This document shows, in pieces, positions 63,069 through 64,000 of a stretch of DNA of 64,000 nucleotides. A model generated the notes under the pieces. The model had not been told where the DNA came from. It searched no databases and saw only the letters and a list, made by a program, of their open reading frames with translations. The translations under genes were made by a program, and so were the position numbers. Positions within the stretch are counted from its first letter, which is position 1. Every line of letters begins with the position of its first letter. The stretch covers positions 480,001 to 544,000 of the forward strand of contig CBDDFZ010000001.1 in NCBI GenBank assembly GCA_965227515.1, read 5' to 3'. Source of the stretch: Alphaproteobacteria bacterium. GTDB taxonomy: Bacteria; Pseudomonadota; Alphaproteobacteria; CALKHQ01.

Positions 63069-64000
63069 ATGAGCCAGGGCGCGCCGCTGATCCTGACCGG
63101 GTTGGCGCGTGACCTTGGGCTGACGCCGTTTCGCCCGCGCCTGCCGTGGGTCGGCCCCGACCTGCAGACCATGCGCAATCTGCTGATGGGCCATCGCCCG
63201 GACCTCAGCGACTTTCCCCAGGAACGGCACGTCACGCGCATGCCGGACGGGGACCAGCTGATCAGCGCCCTGAACCTGCCCACCCAGCCGGCGCCCGACG
63301 CACCGCTGGTGGTCATCGTCCACGGCATGACCGGCTGCGCCGACAGCCGCATCGTCAGCACGACCGCGCTCTGCCACCTCAAGCGGGGCTGGCCGGTTCT
63401 GCGGCTGAACCTGCGCGGCGCCGGGCCGTCCCGCGCGGTGTGCCAGGGCGCCTACCATGCCGGCAGCAGCGCGGACATTGCCGCCGTGCTGGCTGACGTG
63501 CCGCCGGAGTTGCGCGAGAACGGCATGGTCGGCGTCGGCTTCTCGCTCGGCGGCGCACTGCTGCTGAAACATCTGGGCGAGACGGGTGCCGCGAGCGGAT
63601 TGCGGGCGGCGGCCAGCGTGTCGGCGCCACTGGACCTCGCCGCCTCGGAACTGCGATTGCGGCGGCGGCGCAACTGGATCTACCGGCGCGAGCTGTTGCG
63701 CGACCTGAAGGCCCAGGCGGTCGACCATATCGGCCGCATGCCGGCGGCGCGCCAGCGCGCGGTGCGGGCGGCGCGCAACATCGCCGCCTTCGATACCCAT
63801 TTCACCACCGCGTTCACCGGCCACACCGATGCCGCGCGTTATTACGAGGACTTCGCGCCGTTACGCTATCTGGCCGGGATCGAGACCCCGACCCTGGTGG
63901 TGCACGCGCTGGACGATCCATGGATCGCGCCGGCGCCATACCGGGCGCTCGCCCACCAGCACCACCCGCACATTTCTCTGGCGTTGTCGCGCAAAGGCGG
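63069..64000 (+). CDS. YheT-family alpha/beta hydrolase, 3' truncated by window edge
   Basis: Manual translation: VHGMTG, LNLRGAG, YHAG, GFSLGG, HALDDP. Confidence 0.85.
   Translation, partial: MSQGAPLILTGLARDLGLTPFRPRLPWVGPDLQTMRNLLMGHRPDLSDFPQERHVTRMPDGDQLISALNLPTQPAPDAPLVVIVHGMTGCADSRIVSTTALCHLKRGWPVLRLNLRGAGPSRAVCQGAYHAGSSADIAAVLADVPPELRENGMVGVGFSLGGALLLKHLGETGAASGLRAAASVSAPLDLAASELRLRRRRNWIYRRELLRDLKAQAVDHIGRMPAARQRAVRAARNIAAFDTHFTTAFTGHTDAARYYEDFAPLRYLAGIETPTLVVHALDDPWIAPAPYRALAHQHHPHISLALSRKG

Overview
High-GC alphaproteobacterial (Rhodospirillales-like) chromosomal window, mostly housekeeping and transport genes: glycerol-type ABC transporter (glpSTPQU), dxs, hsp20/DUF1150, amtB-glnK, otnK with two ABC permeases, TRAP solute-binding protein, glcE, TauE/TIGR02186/USP, icd, LOG, a giant acidic LysM protein, WYL regulator, polyamine SBP and aminotransferase, petP/petR/EnvZ-like system, ilvE, purQL-bolA-grxD, indolepyruvate ferredoxin oxidoreductase, motAB, and a CaiB-acylase-IlvA operon. 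Mobile DNA: one IS630, two apparently identical inverted IS5 copies that both sit at the TA terminus of IS630-type elements (target CGCTC-TA-GA), a TAGAGC-ended MITE and four families of short palindromic REP/REPIN-like repeats. The most unusual items are: (1) a signal-peptide-bearing protein built on a stripped-down ABC ATPase domain (53763-54422); (2) two membrane-anchored peptidoglycan-binding proteins (MotB and a LysM protein) with greatly expanded acidic repeat linkers; (3) a Tat-type amidohydrolase with an alternating Asp/hydrophobic tract; (4) orphan secreted proteins, including one with a VHL beta domain. No tRNA, rRNA, CRISPR or prophage was seen. All family assignments come from motif recognition by eye, not from database searches.
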